A stretch of 64,000 bases of DNA from contig JAYKHS010000022.1 of the NCBI GenBank assembly GCA_035285865.1, forward strand, positions 96,001-160,000, read 5' to 3'. A model generated the notes under the pieces. It was not told the DNA's origin. It saw only the letters and a program-made list of their open reading frames with translations, and searched no databases. Positions 46,214 through 55,385 of the stretch are shown here, in pieces (position 1 is the first letter of the stretch; the number at the start of each line of letters is the position of its first letter). A program made the position numbers and the translations under genes. Source of the stretch: Candidatus Sericytochromatia bacterium. Its GTDB lineage: Bacteria; Cyanobacteriota; Sericytochromatia; S15B-MN24; VGJW01.

Positions 46214-47428
46214 ATGCTGCACGTGGATGAGCAATCGACCGCCGCCTCCCTGATCGCCCTCGAGGAGGCCCACGGGGCTCACAATTACCACCCCCTCGAC
46301 GTGGTCCTGCGTGAGGGACGCGGCGCGTGGGTCACCGATGTCGACGGCAAGCGCTACCTGGATGGCTTGTCCGCCTACTCCGCGCTCAATCAGGGGCATG
46401 CCCATCCGCGCATCATCAAGGCCCTCGTGGATCAGGCCGCGCGGATGACGCTGACCAGTCGGGCCTTTCGCAACGATCAGCTTGGCCATTTCTACAAGAA
46501 GCTCACGGACCTGACGGGCCTCGACGTGGCCCTGCCGATGAACAGCGGCGCAGAGGCCGTGGAGACGGCCGTGAAGGCCGCCCGCAAGTGGGGCTATCTG
46601 GTGAAGGGCATACCGGAAGGCGAGGCCGAGGTCATCTGTTGCACCAACAACTTCCATGGCAGGACGACAACGGTCGTCAGCTTTTCGACCGAGCCCCAGT
46701 ATCGCGGTGGCTTCGGACCTTTCACCCCGGGATTCCGTATCGTCCCGTACGGCGACATCGAGGCGCTCGAGGCTGCGATCTCACCGCGGACCTGCGGATT
46801 TCTCGTCGAGCCCATCCAGGGCGAGGCCGGTATCATCGTGCCGCCCGACGGTTATCTGCGCGCTGCGGCCGCAATCTGCAAGGCGAGGAATGTCCTGTTC
46901 ATGGCCGACGAGATCCAGACGGGCCTGGGGCGGACCGGTCGCCTTTTTGCAGTCGACCACGAGGATGTCCGGCCGGACATCCTCATCCTGGGCAAGGCCT
47001 TGTCCGGTGGTGTCTACCCCGTTTCCGCCGTCGTGGGCAGGCGGGACGTGATGGAGGTGTTCCGTCCGGGGGATCACGGCAGCACGTTCGGTGGCAATCC
47101 GCTGGCCTGCGCCGTGGCCATGGCGGCACTGGACGTGCTCATCGACGAGAACCTTCCGCAGCGTTCGGCAACTTTGGGCACGTTGGCGATTGAACGCCTG
47201 CGCGCCATGGGCAGTCCTCGGGTGCGCGAGGTACGGGGCAAGGGGCTGATGATCGGCATCGAGCTGGATCGGCCGGCCCGACCTTGCATCGAGGCGCTTG
47301 CCCAGCGCGGTCTCCTCTGCAAGGACGCCCACGAGAATGTCATCCGCTTCGCGCCGCCTCTCGTGATCGAGGAGGCTGACCTCGCCTGGGGCCTGGACCA
47401 GTTCCGGGCCGTGCTCTGCGAGGACTGA
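46214..47428 (+). CDS. rocD: Ornithine--oxo-acid aminotransferase
   Basis: GAHNYHPL, SAYSALNQGH.HP, MNSGAEAVE, FHGRT, EPIQGEAG, DEIQTGLGRTG, GKALSGG, HGSTFGGNP. Confidence 0.95.
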   Translation: MLHVDEQSTAASLIALEEAHGAHNYHPLDVVLREGRGAWVTDVDGKRYLDGLSAYSALNQGHAHPRIIKALVDQAARMTLTSRAFRNDQLGHFYKKLTDLTGLDVALPMNSGAEAVETAVKAARKWGYLVKGIPEGEAEVICCTNNFHGRTTTVVSFSTEPQYRGGFGPFTPGFRIVPYGDIEALEAAISPRTCGFLVEPIQGEAGIIVPPDGYLRAAAAICKARNVLFMADEIQTGLGRTGRLFAVDHEDVRPDILILGKALSGGVYPVSAVVGRRDVMEVFRPGDHGSTFGGNPLACAVAMAALDVLIDENLPQRSATLGTLAIERLRAMGSPRVREVRGKGLMIGIELDRPARPCIEALAQRGLLCKDAHENVIRFAPPLVIEEADLAWGLDQFRAVLCED

Positions 47429-47482
47429 GCCGGACCTGTCTGCCCGTGGGCGGGACAAGGCCTTGTCGGTGCGCAACAACCG

Positions 47483-47517
47483 GAGGCCCCCGAACCCGGT
47501 CAGGGTTCGGGGGCCTC
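47483..47517. terminator. Perfect 15-bp hairpin between convergent genes
   Basis: GAGGCCCCCGAACCC-GGTCA-GGGTTCGGGGGCCTC. Confidence 0.75.
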
Positions 47518-47525
47518 GCGAGATG

Positions 47526-48557
47526 TCAGAGCGTGCTCTTCAGGAAGGTCTCGATGATCGGGGTCACGGTGCGTTCGCCCCGCTGGCCGACGGCGCTGTT
47601 CATGCGGGCGTGGTCATAGCCCCTCGACGTCACCAGCTGGAATCTGTCCCCCTGGAGGCCTGGATCGCAGGCAACGGTGGCTTCGTGGAAGCTCCGCGCG
47701 TGCCCGACTCGCGTGGCCTCGCCTTGCACGAGGACCAGCATCGGCGCAACTCCGGTGCCGGAGACCAGTTGCAACTTGGGTGAGGCATCCCGCAGGATGT
47801 TCGGGTCGCGACCGAAGGCATTGGTGATGGCGTCGGCGAGCCATGGCATGTCGCTTCGGACCGTCAGGTCATAGCTTGCGCTGTCGTTGGCAACGACGCC
47901 GCGGATGTTGGCCGGCGACAGGCCTGCCTCTCTCAGATAAAGCGGATGCGTCGCCGCAAGCGTGGCCAGATGGGCTCCGGCAGAGTGCCCCATAAGGGCG
48001 ATGCGGCCCGGGTCACCGCCGAACCGGGCGATGTTGCGGTACACCCAGCCCAGGCCCGCCGCGACATCGCGGATCTGGGCGGGATGCATCGGTCTCCTGG
48101 TCACCGGCAGCCAGGGATGGGCGAGCCGGTAGTTGAGGGATACGAAGATCCAGCCCTGGTCGTTGGCCCACCGGGGCTTGTCCGACATGCCGTGCGCCTT
48201 GTCGCCGATCTTCCACGCGCCCCCGTGGATGTAGACCAGAACGGGTCGGCGGGTGCTGGCGGTCACCGTGCCGTAGATGTCCAAGCCTTGTTCGCGATGG
48301 CTCCCGTAGGCGATGTCCTTCCACGCGCGACGCCGGGTGAGGGCCGAAGACGATTGGGTGGTAGCCGCGCCGCCGAGGCTTTGGATCTGGCTGCCGATTT
48401 CCTCGGAGCCTTCGCGGGGCAGGGCCTCGGCGTTCATGCTGGTAGCCGTGGCCTCGGTCTCGAGGGCAGCGAACATCGGGTTCTGGGCGCAACCCGTGAG
48501 AACCCCTGCGAGAGCCAGTCTGGATGCGGATGCTGCGAGTTTGCGGACGAGGTGCAT
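47526..48557 (-). CDS. HSL-family esterase/lipase lipoprotein
   Basis: Lipobox LTGC; YIHGGAW, NYRL, GHSAG. Confidence 0.88.
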   Translation of the reverse strand: MHLVRKLAASASRLALAGVLTGCAQNPMFAALETEATATSMNAEALPREGSEEIGSQIQSLGGAATTQSSSALTRRRAWKDIAYGSHREQGLDIYGTVTASTRRPVLVYIHGGAWKIGDKAHGMSDKPRWANDQGWIFVSLNYRLAHPWLPVTRRPMHPAQIRDVAAGLGWVYRNIARFGGDPGRIALMGHSAGAHLATLAATHPLYLREAGLSPANIRGVVANDSASYDLTVRSDMPWLADAITNAFGRDPNILRDASPKLQLVSGTGVAPMLVLVQGEATRVGHARSFHEATVACDPGLQGDRFQLVTSRGYDHARMNSAVGQRGERTVTPIIETFLKSTL

Positions 48558-48688
48558 GGGGCCATTCCTTCCTGATGAGTCGGCGATCGCTCCGGCCGCC
48601 CGGCCGTCTCGTGCCTTCCGGGTGAATCATCTTGTCCGCTGCTCACCGGTCGCTCACCGCCCTTGAATCGGGAGGGTCGATTCCCATC

Positions 48689-48697
48689 TGCCATAAT
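48689..48697 (+). promoter_or_regulatory. Extended -10 element, leaderless spacing
   Basis: TG-C-CATAAT, 6 nt before ATG 48704; no Shine-Dalgarno sequence. Confidence 0.5.
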
Positions 48698-48703
48698 GTC
48701 CGG

Positions 48704-49483
48704 ATGGAATACGACCGCTTTGCCGGCGTTTTCGGGGTGTGGGCCGCGACGGCGGGGTCCACGGCCGCAAACAGGAGCTTCTACCTTGACGCCTATGCGG
48801 CAGCCGGGGAGGGGCCTGTCGTCGAGCTGGGGGTGGGCGACGGCCGTCTGATTCTCGAGGCAGCGCGTGCAGGGCGCGCGATGCACGGAGTCGAGGGCTC
48901 GGCAGCCATGCTGGCCGTCTGTCGCGATCGCGCCGAGAAAGCGGGGCTTCTTGATCGCCTCACGCTGATCCATGCCGACTTCACGAGCTTCGTCCTGCCT
49001 GAACCGGCGACGCTGATCGCGATGCCCTATCACACGATGCCTCATCTGCTCGAGCCGGCGACCAAACTCGCAGCCTTGCGACAGATTCACCGGCAATTGA
49101 GGCCCGGGGGGCACTTCCTCTTTGACGACTTCGTGATCAAGCCGGAGGCCATCGACAGGATGCGGCAGGTCCAGCTTCGCGCGCGCTATCGCAATGAGGC
49201 CGGCCAGGACAGCCTCTTCTGGGTGACGTCCATCGTTGACGAGCAGACCCAGCGGATTGAGGCCATCACCTGGGAGGACACTCTGGACGAAGCCGGCGTG
49301 ATGATCCAGCGCCGTTATCGCCCACTGACCTTCTCGTGGCAGTCGCCGGAGCAGGCCGCCGCCTTGTTGCAAGAGGCCGGCTTCACGATCGAGGCCTGCT
49401 GGGGGGACTTTCACCGCACGCCTTTCGACCCCGCGAAGGCAGAGGAACAGGTGTGGCTGGTGCGCAAGGAGGGAGACCGATGA
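48704..49483 (+). CDS. Class I SAM-dependent methyltransferase
   Basis: VVELGVGDGR motif I, GVEGSAAML, HADF, LRPGGHFLFD. Confidence 0.9.
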   Translation: MEYDRFAGVFGVWAATAGSTAANRSFYLDAYAAAGEGPVVELGVGDGRLILEAARAGRAMHGVEGSAAMLAVCRDRAEKAGLLDRLTLIHADFTSFVLPEPATLIAMPYHTMPHLLEPATKLAALRQIHRQLRPGGHFLFDDFVIKPEAIDRMRQVQLRARYRNEAGQDSLFWVTSIVDEQTQRIEAITWEDTLDEAGVMIQRRYRPLTFSWQSPEQAAALLQEAGFTIEACWGDFHRTPFDPAKAEEQVWLVRKEGDR

Positions 49484-49839
49484 TCGGAACGACAGGCCTG
49501 AGGCAGCTCCGGATCGATTGCATCGTGGGCATCTATCCCCACGAGCGGGCCAATGAGCAGACCGTCTATCTGGATGTCGAACTGGACAACGATTTCGCTG
49601 CTGCCGACGCCTCCGATGCGATTGCCGACGCCTTGGACTATGACGGCGTCGCCTCGAGGCTGACGGCCTTGCTGCAGGAGCGGCGCTTCCAACTACTGGA
49701 GGCCATGGCCGAGGAGAGCGCGCGGATGCTGCTTGAGGCCTTCCCGACGGTCACGGCCGTTCGCCTGCGTATCGAGAAGCCTGCGGCGGTGCCTGCGGCG
49801 GTCTGCTCCTACGTCCGGCTCGAGCGGCATCGCGCATGA
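49480..49839 (+). CDS. folB: Dihydroneopterin aldolase
   Basis: IVGIYPHER..EQ, LDY, FQLLEAMAE, IEKPAAVP; ATGA overlaps at both ends. Confidence 0.9.
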   Translation: MIGTTGLRQLRIDCIVGIYPHERANEQTVYLDVELDNDFAAADASDAIADALDYDGVASRLTALLQERRFQLLEAMAEESARMLLEAFPTVTAVRLRIEKPAAVPAAVCSYVRLERHRA

Positions 49840-50585
49840 CGGACGCACCTGCCCGACAGGCGCCGGGCCAACCCGTCGCCGTCGTCACGGGAGGGGCCCG
49901 CCGCCTCGGTCGGGCTTTGGGGCTCATGCTGGTGCGACGGGGGTATCGTCTGGTCTGCCTCTATCGCACGTCCCGCGAGGACGTCCGGACGCTTGAGGCC
50001 GCAGTGGCGGAACTCGGGGGGAGGATGCGGGGCCTACCCGTCGACATTGCCGATCGCGAGGCCGTGGCGGGAGTCTTCGCGGACATCGCGGCACACGAGG
50101 GTCGGGTGGACGTGCTGGTCAACAACGTGGGCAACTACAACCCGCAGCCCATGGATGCCCTGGATCCCGAGGGTTGGGACGCGACGCTCGGTGCAAACCT
50201 CTCGGGGGCCTACTACGCGTCCTACCACGCCTTGCGCCTGATGCCGGACGGCGGCTCCATCGTCAACATCGGGATGGCGGGGCTCGAGGGCACGCGGGCC
50301 AGCCGCATGGCCGTGGACTACTATGTCAGCAAGACCGGCCTGCTCTCCCTGACGCGCTCGATGGCTCTGGCGTGCGGCCCGAGGGGAATCCGCGTCAACA
50401 TGGTCTCGCCCGGACAACTCGACAACTCGGTGGACCTGCCCGGGCCCGAGCAACTGCGTCGCGAAATCCCGATCGGGCGCGCCGGAACCATGGAGGACAT
50501 GGCTGGGGCCGTCGCCTTCTTGTTGGACTCCCCGTATGTCACGGGGGTGAACCTCGACGTCGCCGGGGGGTATCGCCTCGGATGA
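49836..50585 (+). CDS. SDR oxidoreductase, pteridine reductase (FolM/PTR1)-like
   Basis: TGGARRLG, LVNN, YYVSK, RVNMVSPG; adjacent to folB. Confidence 0.8.
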   Translation: MTDAPARQAPGQPVAVVTGGARRLGRALGLMLVRRGYRLVCLYRTSREDVRTLEAAVAELGGRMRGLPVDIADREAVAGVFADIAAHEGRVDVLVNNVGNYNPQPMDALDPEGWDATLGANLSGAYYASYHALRLMPDGGSIVNIGMAGLEGTRASRMAVDYYVSKTGLLSLTRSMALACGPRGIRVNMVSPGQLDNSVDLPGPEQLRREIPIGRAGTMEDMAGAVAFLLDSPYVTGVNLDVAGGYRLG

Positions 50586-51733
50586 GCTTGGCCCGGCGCT
50601 TCGTGCCGCTCAGGGACCGGCAGGCCGACTGGGCCATGCGCTGCGCGATGGTGCGGGATGCCGAGCAGTTCTTGTACTTGTCGACGTTCTATCTCGAGCA
50701 GGACGAGTACGGAGCCGAGATGCTGGACCTGCTCGCCGCCGCCCAGGCCCGAGGCGTGCGCGTCGCACTCGTCATCGACAGCTTCGGGCAGCGTCTCGGG
50801 GGAACCCTGATGTCGACCGCTCAGCGCGAGGCGCTGGGCCGTACCTTGGACAAGCTGGTCCGGGATGGTGCGCGGGTGACGCACTATGCGCCGCCCCGGT
50901 GGATGCAGCGACGCGTCGGCGGTGGGCAACACGTCAAAATCCAGGTCTCCGATGCCGGATGCTTGATCCTGACGAGCGGCAACATCACACGGACCTCGTT
51001 CGCGCATTGGCGCGAATATGCCGTGGCGGTCGAGGGTGCGGTCGTACCGGAGGTCATGGCCAGTTGGGAGGCCATCGGGGGGACCCTCGACCCGCGCGAT
51101 CGGGCACACCTCGCGGCGCTGGCCCGCGAGGCACCGGGCGACATCGACATGGCGTACGGCTTCTGCAACCCGAATCTGCATCAGGGTTCGACGGGCCCGT
51201 GGCTCTGGACCGGAACCAATGCCCTGACGGACCGGATGGTCGAGATGGTTGATGCCGCCCGGCATGAGCTGTTGGTGAGCTCTTTCTACTTCAAGCCTGC
51301 GCCCGTGCTCGAGGCGGCCGTCCTGAAGGCTGCCCGACGGGGCGTGCATGTCGAGATCCATCACTCGCACCGCGAGTCCCTCGAGGCGACGGATCTTGCC
51401 TGGGTCGCCGCGGCCGTGCGCTATCCGCAGTTGCTCGAGGCCGGTGTTCATGTTCATGAGCATCCAGCCGGAGAACATTCCAAGATCTGCGTGGTGGATC
51501 GCCAATGGGCCGCATTCGGCAGCTACAACTTCGAGGAGCCGGCCCACGATCGCCTGGCCGAGGCGATGTTGCTCTCTCGCGATCCGAGAGCGGTCTCGCC
51601 TGCCTTGGCCGTGTTCGAGGAGCTTCGGGGCATGCCGGACCGGCTGGAGGTCACGCCCGAAGTCATGGGAGCATGGTCCCGGGAACTGGCCGGACGCATA
51701 CGGCGCTGGGGGAGATTCCGATGGTGGCTCTGA
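50582..51733 (+). CDS. Phospholipase D-superfamily protein, cytoplasmic, two HKD motifs
   Basis: HVKIQVSD...SGN and HSKICVVD...GSYN; no signal peptide or TM helix. Confidence 0.85.
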   Translation: MSLARRFVPLRDRQADWAMRCAMVRDAEQFLYLSTFYLEQDEYGAEMLDLLAAAQARGVRVALVIDSFGQRLGGTLMSTAQREALGRTLDKLVRDGARVTHYAPPRWMQRRVGGGQHVKIQVSDAGCLILTSGNITRTSFAHWREYAVAVEGAVVPEVMASWEAIGGTLDPRDRAHLAALAREAPGDIDMAYGFCNPNLHQGSTGPWLWTGTNALTDRMVEMVDAARHELLVSSFYFKPAPVLEAAVLKAARRGVHVEIHHSHRESLEATDLAWVAAAVRYPQLLEAGVHVHEHPAGEHSKICVVDRQWAAFGSYNFEEPAHDRLAEAMLLSRDPRAVSPALAVFEELRGMPDRLEVTPEVMGAWSRELAGRIRRWGRFRWWL

Positions 51734-52302
51734 CCCGTACTGTCGAGATCGAGCACAAGTTCGTGGTGCCGCCCGATTTCGACCGGGACGCTCTGGGAAG
51801 GGTCATGGAGGGCCTTGCTCCCGTGCGCCGGATTGCCCTTGACGTGGCGGATCGTTACTTCCTGACAGCTGACGGCAAGGCGCGGCAGTACATCCTCCGG
51901 CATCGTTTCGATGACGAGTTGCACCACCTCACGATCAAGTCCTTCGGGGAGGATCCCGAGATGCGGGACGAGATCAATCTGGACCTGGGCCATCATGCCG
52001 GCGACCAGGCGGCCACCATAGATGCTTTCGTGGGGCGCATGGGGGTCGTCTGGTCCGGTACCTTGTCCAAGACCATCCGGGTGTGGGTCTTTCCGGATTG
52101 CGAGGTGGTCCACTACATCGCACGGGGTGGCGATCGGGAGGTCCATTGCGTCGAGTTCGAGGCAACCCGGACCGAGGATCTGGCCGAGGCGATTGCGGTT
52201 CTCGAGCGATATGAACAGCTGGCGGGATTCGAGGCTTCCCGGCGCACGCACGATACGCTCGTGGATCTGATTTTTCCGGGTATTCTTCCGCGCCAGCGTT
52301 AG
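51721..52302 (+). CDS. CYTH/triphosphate-tunnel metalloenzyme
   Basis: N-terminal EIEHK (ExExK), DRYF, LRHR, LTIK, RDEI, K..R, VEFE. Confidence 0.75.
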   Translation: MVALTRTVEIEHKFVVPPDFDRDALGRVMEGLAPVRRIALDVADRYFLTADGKARQYILRHRFDDELHHLTIKSFGEDPEMRDEINLDLGHHAGDQAATIDAFVGRMGVVWSGTLSKTIRVWVFPDCEVVHYIARGGDREVHCVEFEATRTEDLAEAIAVLERYEQLAGFEASRRTHDTLVDLIFPGILPRQR

Positions 52303-52404
52303 CGGCGGAAGATTGTTGCGCAACCATTAAAGCTAGCTTGCGCCGACTTGGTGGCGTCGATGGTTCCCTTGTGGAAGTCCGCAGAGGGCAACGGGGGGAG
52401 CGAC

Positions 52405-53307
52405 ATGACGGCACGTGCGATGACGGCATCGGCGCTCAAGGCGGATCAGGCCAGCGATGCGGCTGCCCGCAAGGCTGCTGCCGAGGCTGCCCGCAAGGCC
52501 GCGGAAGAGGCCGCGCGCAAGGCTGCGGAAGAGGCCGCGCGCAAGGCCGCCGAGGAGGCCGCCCGGCGTCCCCTGCCGACTCGGGACAATGAAGTGCGTG
52601 CGGCGGCTCGCGCCAACGACGGTGCTGCCCGCTCGTCCCTCCGGCTTGAGGAGCCGGCTCCGGCCGCGAAGGTGGCTCGGGGCGCCGCGGTGGATCATCA
52701 CCACGTCGATCGCTACAGCGATGACGTGAAGGTCATGCAGCAGCGGATGCAGGCCGCCGGCATCAATCCCGGGCCGATCGACGGTCTCAAGGGGCCCCTG
52801 ACGCGAGCGGCGATGGCGGCCTACGAGAAGAAGTTCGGGAAGTCGGCAGCCGAGGGCCTCAAGGTCGACCCCGCATTCGAGGAGGTCCCCGGAAGCGAAC
52901 GGGTGGCCGCGGGCGGCGGGGTGGACAGTTCGGTCCTCGGCAAGGTTTCCGGCACCGTCAAGGAGTGGATTGCCGAGGCCAAGGAGATTCTGATTCGGGC
53001 GGGCGTGCCGGCGCACAGGCTCAACGAGGCTGCCATCGCGACCATCATTCGTCACGAGTCGGGGGGGAACCCCAGGGCTGTCAACAACTGGGACTCGAAC
53101 GCGCGGAAGGGCACGCCCTCCAAGGGGCTGATGCAGACGATCCAGCCGACCTTCGATCGTTGGAAGTTGCCCGGCATGGACCAGATCATGAACCCGGTCC
53201 ACAACATCGTCGCCGGCGTCCGCTACGCGCTCAACCGCTACGGTTCCCTCGAGAACGTGCCGGGTATCCGTAGCATGGCCCGGGGCGGGGCGTACAAGGG
53301 CTACTGA
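52405..53307 (+). CDS. Lytic transglycosylase (SLT) with a peptidoglycan-binding domain
   Basis: VKVMQQRM...GPIDGLKGPLTRAAM (PG_binding_1); HESGGNP...NWDSN..KG.PSKGLMQ, RYG (SLT); GGAG RBS. Confidence 0.88.
   Translation: MTARAMTASALKADQASDAAARKAAAEAARKAAEEAARKAAEEAARKAAEEAARRPLPTRDNEVRAAARANDGAARSSLRLEEPAPAAKVARGAAVDHHHVDRYSDDVKVMQQRMQAAGINPGPIDGLKGPLTRAAMAAYEKKFGKSAAEGLKVDPAFEEVPGSERVAAGGGVDSSVLGKVSGTVKEWIAEAKEILIRAGVPAHRLNEAAIATIIRHESGGNPRAVNNWDSNARKGTPSKGLMQTIQPTFDRWKLPGMDQIMNPVHNIVAGVRYALNRYGSLENVPGIRSMARGGAYKGY
52465..52560 (+). repeat. Four in-frame 24-bp tandem repeats encoding ARKAA(A/E)EA
   Basis: GC(C/G)CGCAAGGC.GC.G..GAGGC. repeated four times. Confidence 0.85.
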
Positions 53308-53322
53308 ATCCGCTGCATCCTC

Positions 53323-53359
53323 GGGCGGTCCGGCCGATGGGTCGGGCCGCCCTTCATTT
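53323..53359 (+). terminator. Intrinsic terminator after the SLT gene
   Basis: GGGCGGTCCGGCC...GGTCGGGCCGCCC followed by TTCATTT. Confidence 0.65.
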
Positions 53360-53465
53360 CAGGCAGTTTCTGGCGCACCATCGACCGGGCGGAAGCGCGG
53401 TTCGAAGCGCTTCGCCCCGCTCGCAGGCCTGCACCAAGGGGCGCTTCGGAGAGGCCGGGCAAGGC

Positions 53466-54719
53466 TCAACGCTTGCCGACCCCGCTCTTCGCGAGGTGGT
53501 TGACCACGCTTGTCGCCGGTGCCCCGAAGTTCATGAGAATCTCGGCCTGGCTCTGGCCCAGAGCCGTCATGTCTCCGTAGAGCTTGCCCCCGAGGCCGAC
53601 CCGGAAGTTCGGCATGACACCCTTCACGAGGGCTTCGGCCTGAGCATCGATCGACGAGGCGACGACCTGCTTCCAGTGGTCCGGCCGCAGCGCACCGGCC
53701 ATGAAGCCCGTTGCCTTGACGGCACCTTCCTCGAAGTGGCGGTAGGCCTGGTTCTCGAAGGTCTTTGCGGTGTAGGTGAATGCCTCGTCGATTTCCTGAC
53801 CCGTGAGCTTCGCGATGGGCCTGCCCAGACGCTCGCCCTGCGACGCGAGGGCCGTGGCCCGGTTCTGCAGGGTCTGCACCACGTGGACGTATTCATGCCA
53901 ATCCGTACCGCCCCCCATCGTCTTGATGGAGACCTCGGTCGCGCTGGCATGGACCTCGGGCAGCATGCTCTTGCCGAACTTGAAGTCCATGCCATAGCGG
54001 GCCGCGAAGGGCTGGAGCCGTCCGAGGAAGGCCTCTGCCTCGCGGGCACCGAGCTTGCCGTTGTCGGGCAGGGTGCCGACGATGGCCTTGAGGTCGTCGG
54101 CGACGGCCGTTGCTGCAGCAGGCTTGGCCTTGAGCATGCCCTTGACGGCATCCTTGGCGACGCTGGCACCGAAGCGGGCTTCGCCCTGGCGGATCAATTG
54201 CTGGGCTGCCGCGCGTCGGGCAGAGCCATTGACCATGCCGCCCACGCCCATGAAGTTGGTGGCTGCGAGGCCTGCATCGAGCGCCGTCACGGCGGTGGCC
54301 TTGGCGAGGTCGGCACGGGTGGCGACGCCGGAACCCGAGAGGTAGCCCAGCTTGGCCGCGCTGCCCTCGAGCTCGGCCACGTTGGACATCTGCGCGAGGA
54401 ACTTCATCACCCCGGCCCCGATCCGCTTGAGCTGGCCCAGTGGCTTCGCGATTCGTCCGTTGTCCAGATCCGCCTTGGCCTTGCGGGCGGTCTCATCCCA
54501 GAAACGGATGGCCGAACCGCCGATCCCGTCGCGCTTCGCCTCCTGATAGCTGGTCTCGGCGTCACGGCGCACCTGAGCGCGCTGCAGTTCGAGCCGGTCC
54601 TGCACGGGTTTGAGCTTGGCGGTGCCCGGGCGCCTGCCAGCAGATGGGCGCGCTGCCGCGGCAGGGGCCTTTCCCGGCCGCGATGTCTGGGCTTTGGCCG
54701 AGGACTTCTTGACGCTCAT
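53466..54719 (-). CDS. Hypothetical protein with a HExxH zincin-like motif
   Basis: WHEYVHVVQ with downstream FENQAY; strong GC3 codon bias; disordered basic N-terminus. Confidence 0.65.
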   Translation of the reverse strand: MSVKKSSAKAQTSRPGKAPAAAARPSAGRRPGTAKLKPVQDRLELQRAQVRRDAETSYQEAKRDGIGGSAIRFWDETARKAKADLDNGRIAKPLGQLKRIGAGVMKFLAQMSNVAELEGSAAKLGYLSGSGVATRADLAKATAVTALDAGLAATNFMGVGGMVNGSARRAAAQQLIRQGEARFGASVAKDAVKGMLKAKPAAATAVADDLKAIVGTLPDNGKLGAREAEAFLGRLQPFAARYGMDFKFGKSMLPEVHASATEVSIKTMGGGTDWHEYVHVVQTLQNRATALASQGERLGRPIAKLTGQEIDEAFTYTAKTFENQAYRHFEEGAVKATGFMAGALRPDHWKQVVASSIDAQAEALVKGVMPNFRVGLGGKLYGDMTALGQSQAEILMNFGAPATSVVNHLAKSGVGKR

Positions 54720-54788
54720 CGGGAGTTTGCTACCTCTGGGGGAGTTGTCCGTCTCCCGGTCGGGCCCCCTGTCAGGATTGATGAGGAC

Positions 54789-55259
54789 TTAACGGTCGGC
54801 GAATCTTGCCGAGCCGAGCGCGCCTGCGACGGCGCCTGCCGCTCCTGCGGCCGCGACGGCCGGACCGGCAATCACCCCCAGTTGGAGCGCGCCGATGGCG
54901 AGTGCGCCTGCGCCTACCCAGCCCCCTAGGATCGCTGCGCGTGGATTGCGGCCCAGAGCCGAGTCCTTGAGCGCAGGATAGACGGCCATGCCCGACAGGG
55001 CACCGGCAGCGAGACCGAGGCCGACCAGCTTGGGCGAGCGCAGGGCTGCACCAGCCAACGTGCCTGCGGCACCTCCGGCCACGGCACCGAGGACGCCCGC
55101 CGTGCCCCAGCCTGCGGGCGTGCGCGCCTCGCGTGGGCTGGCCACGTATCGGTCCCGTCCGGTGCCGTGTATGGTGCCAGCGACAATGTCCAACGGACCG
55201 GGAGCCACGCGGCCGCGCCAGGTCTGGGGCGCGCTGTTCTGGACGTGCAGTTCGGGCAT
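54789..55259 (-). CDS. Glycine-zipper membrane protein
   Basis: Repeated GxxxG hydrophobic segments; GGAGG RBS. Confidence 0.6.
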   Translation of the reverse strand: MPELHVQNSAPQTWRGRVAPGPLDIVAGTIHGTGRDRYVASPREARTPAGWGTAGVLGAVAGGAAGTLAGAALRSPKLVGLGLAAGALSGMAVYPALKDSALGRNPRAAILGGWVGAGALAIGALQLGVIAGPAVAAAGAAGAVAGALGSARFADR

Positions 55260-55330
55260 CTTCCGGTTCCTCCGCGGGGCTTGTCCCGCCCCCATCTGCT
55301 TCGTCCGGATGGCTTCCCTCGCCCTTGCGG

Positions 55331-55349
55331 AAAAGCGGCCTCGGGGCCG
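55331..55349 (-). terminator. Probable intrinsic terminator after the fumarase gene
   Basis: CGGCC-CCGA-GGCCG-CTTTT on the minus strand. Confidence 0.45.
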
Positions 55350-55385
55350 GTATTCTTCAAGCGGAGGAAATGAAGGAAGCGGAAA

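Noticed and set aside
52328..52349. Sigma28 promoter TAAA...GCCGACTT upstream of the SLT gene
   Set aside because: The spacer is 10 nt rather than about 15.
52465..52560. 24-bp tandem repeats as a CRISPR-like array
   Set aside because: No spacers; the repeats are in frame, vary mostly at synonymous positions and encode a helical linker; no cas genes.
52405..55259. Prophage remnant suggested by the phage-type SLT domain
   Set aside because: No structural, terminase, holin or integrase genes nearby; codon usage looks host-like.
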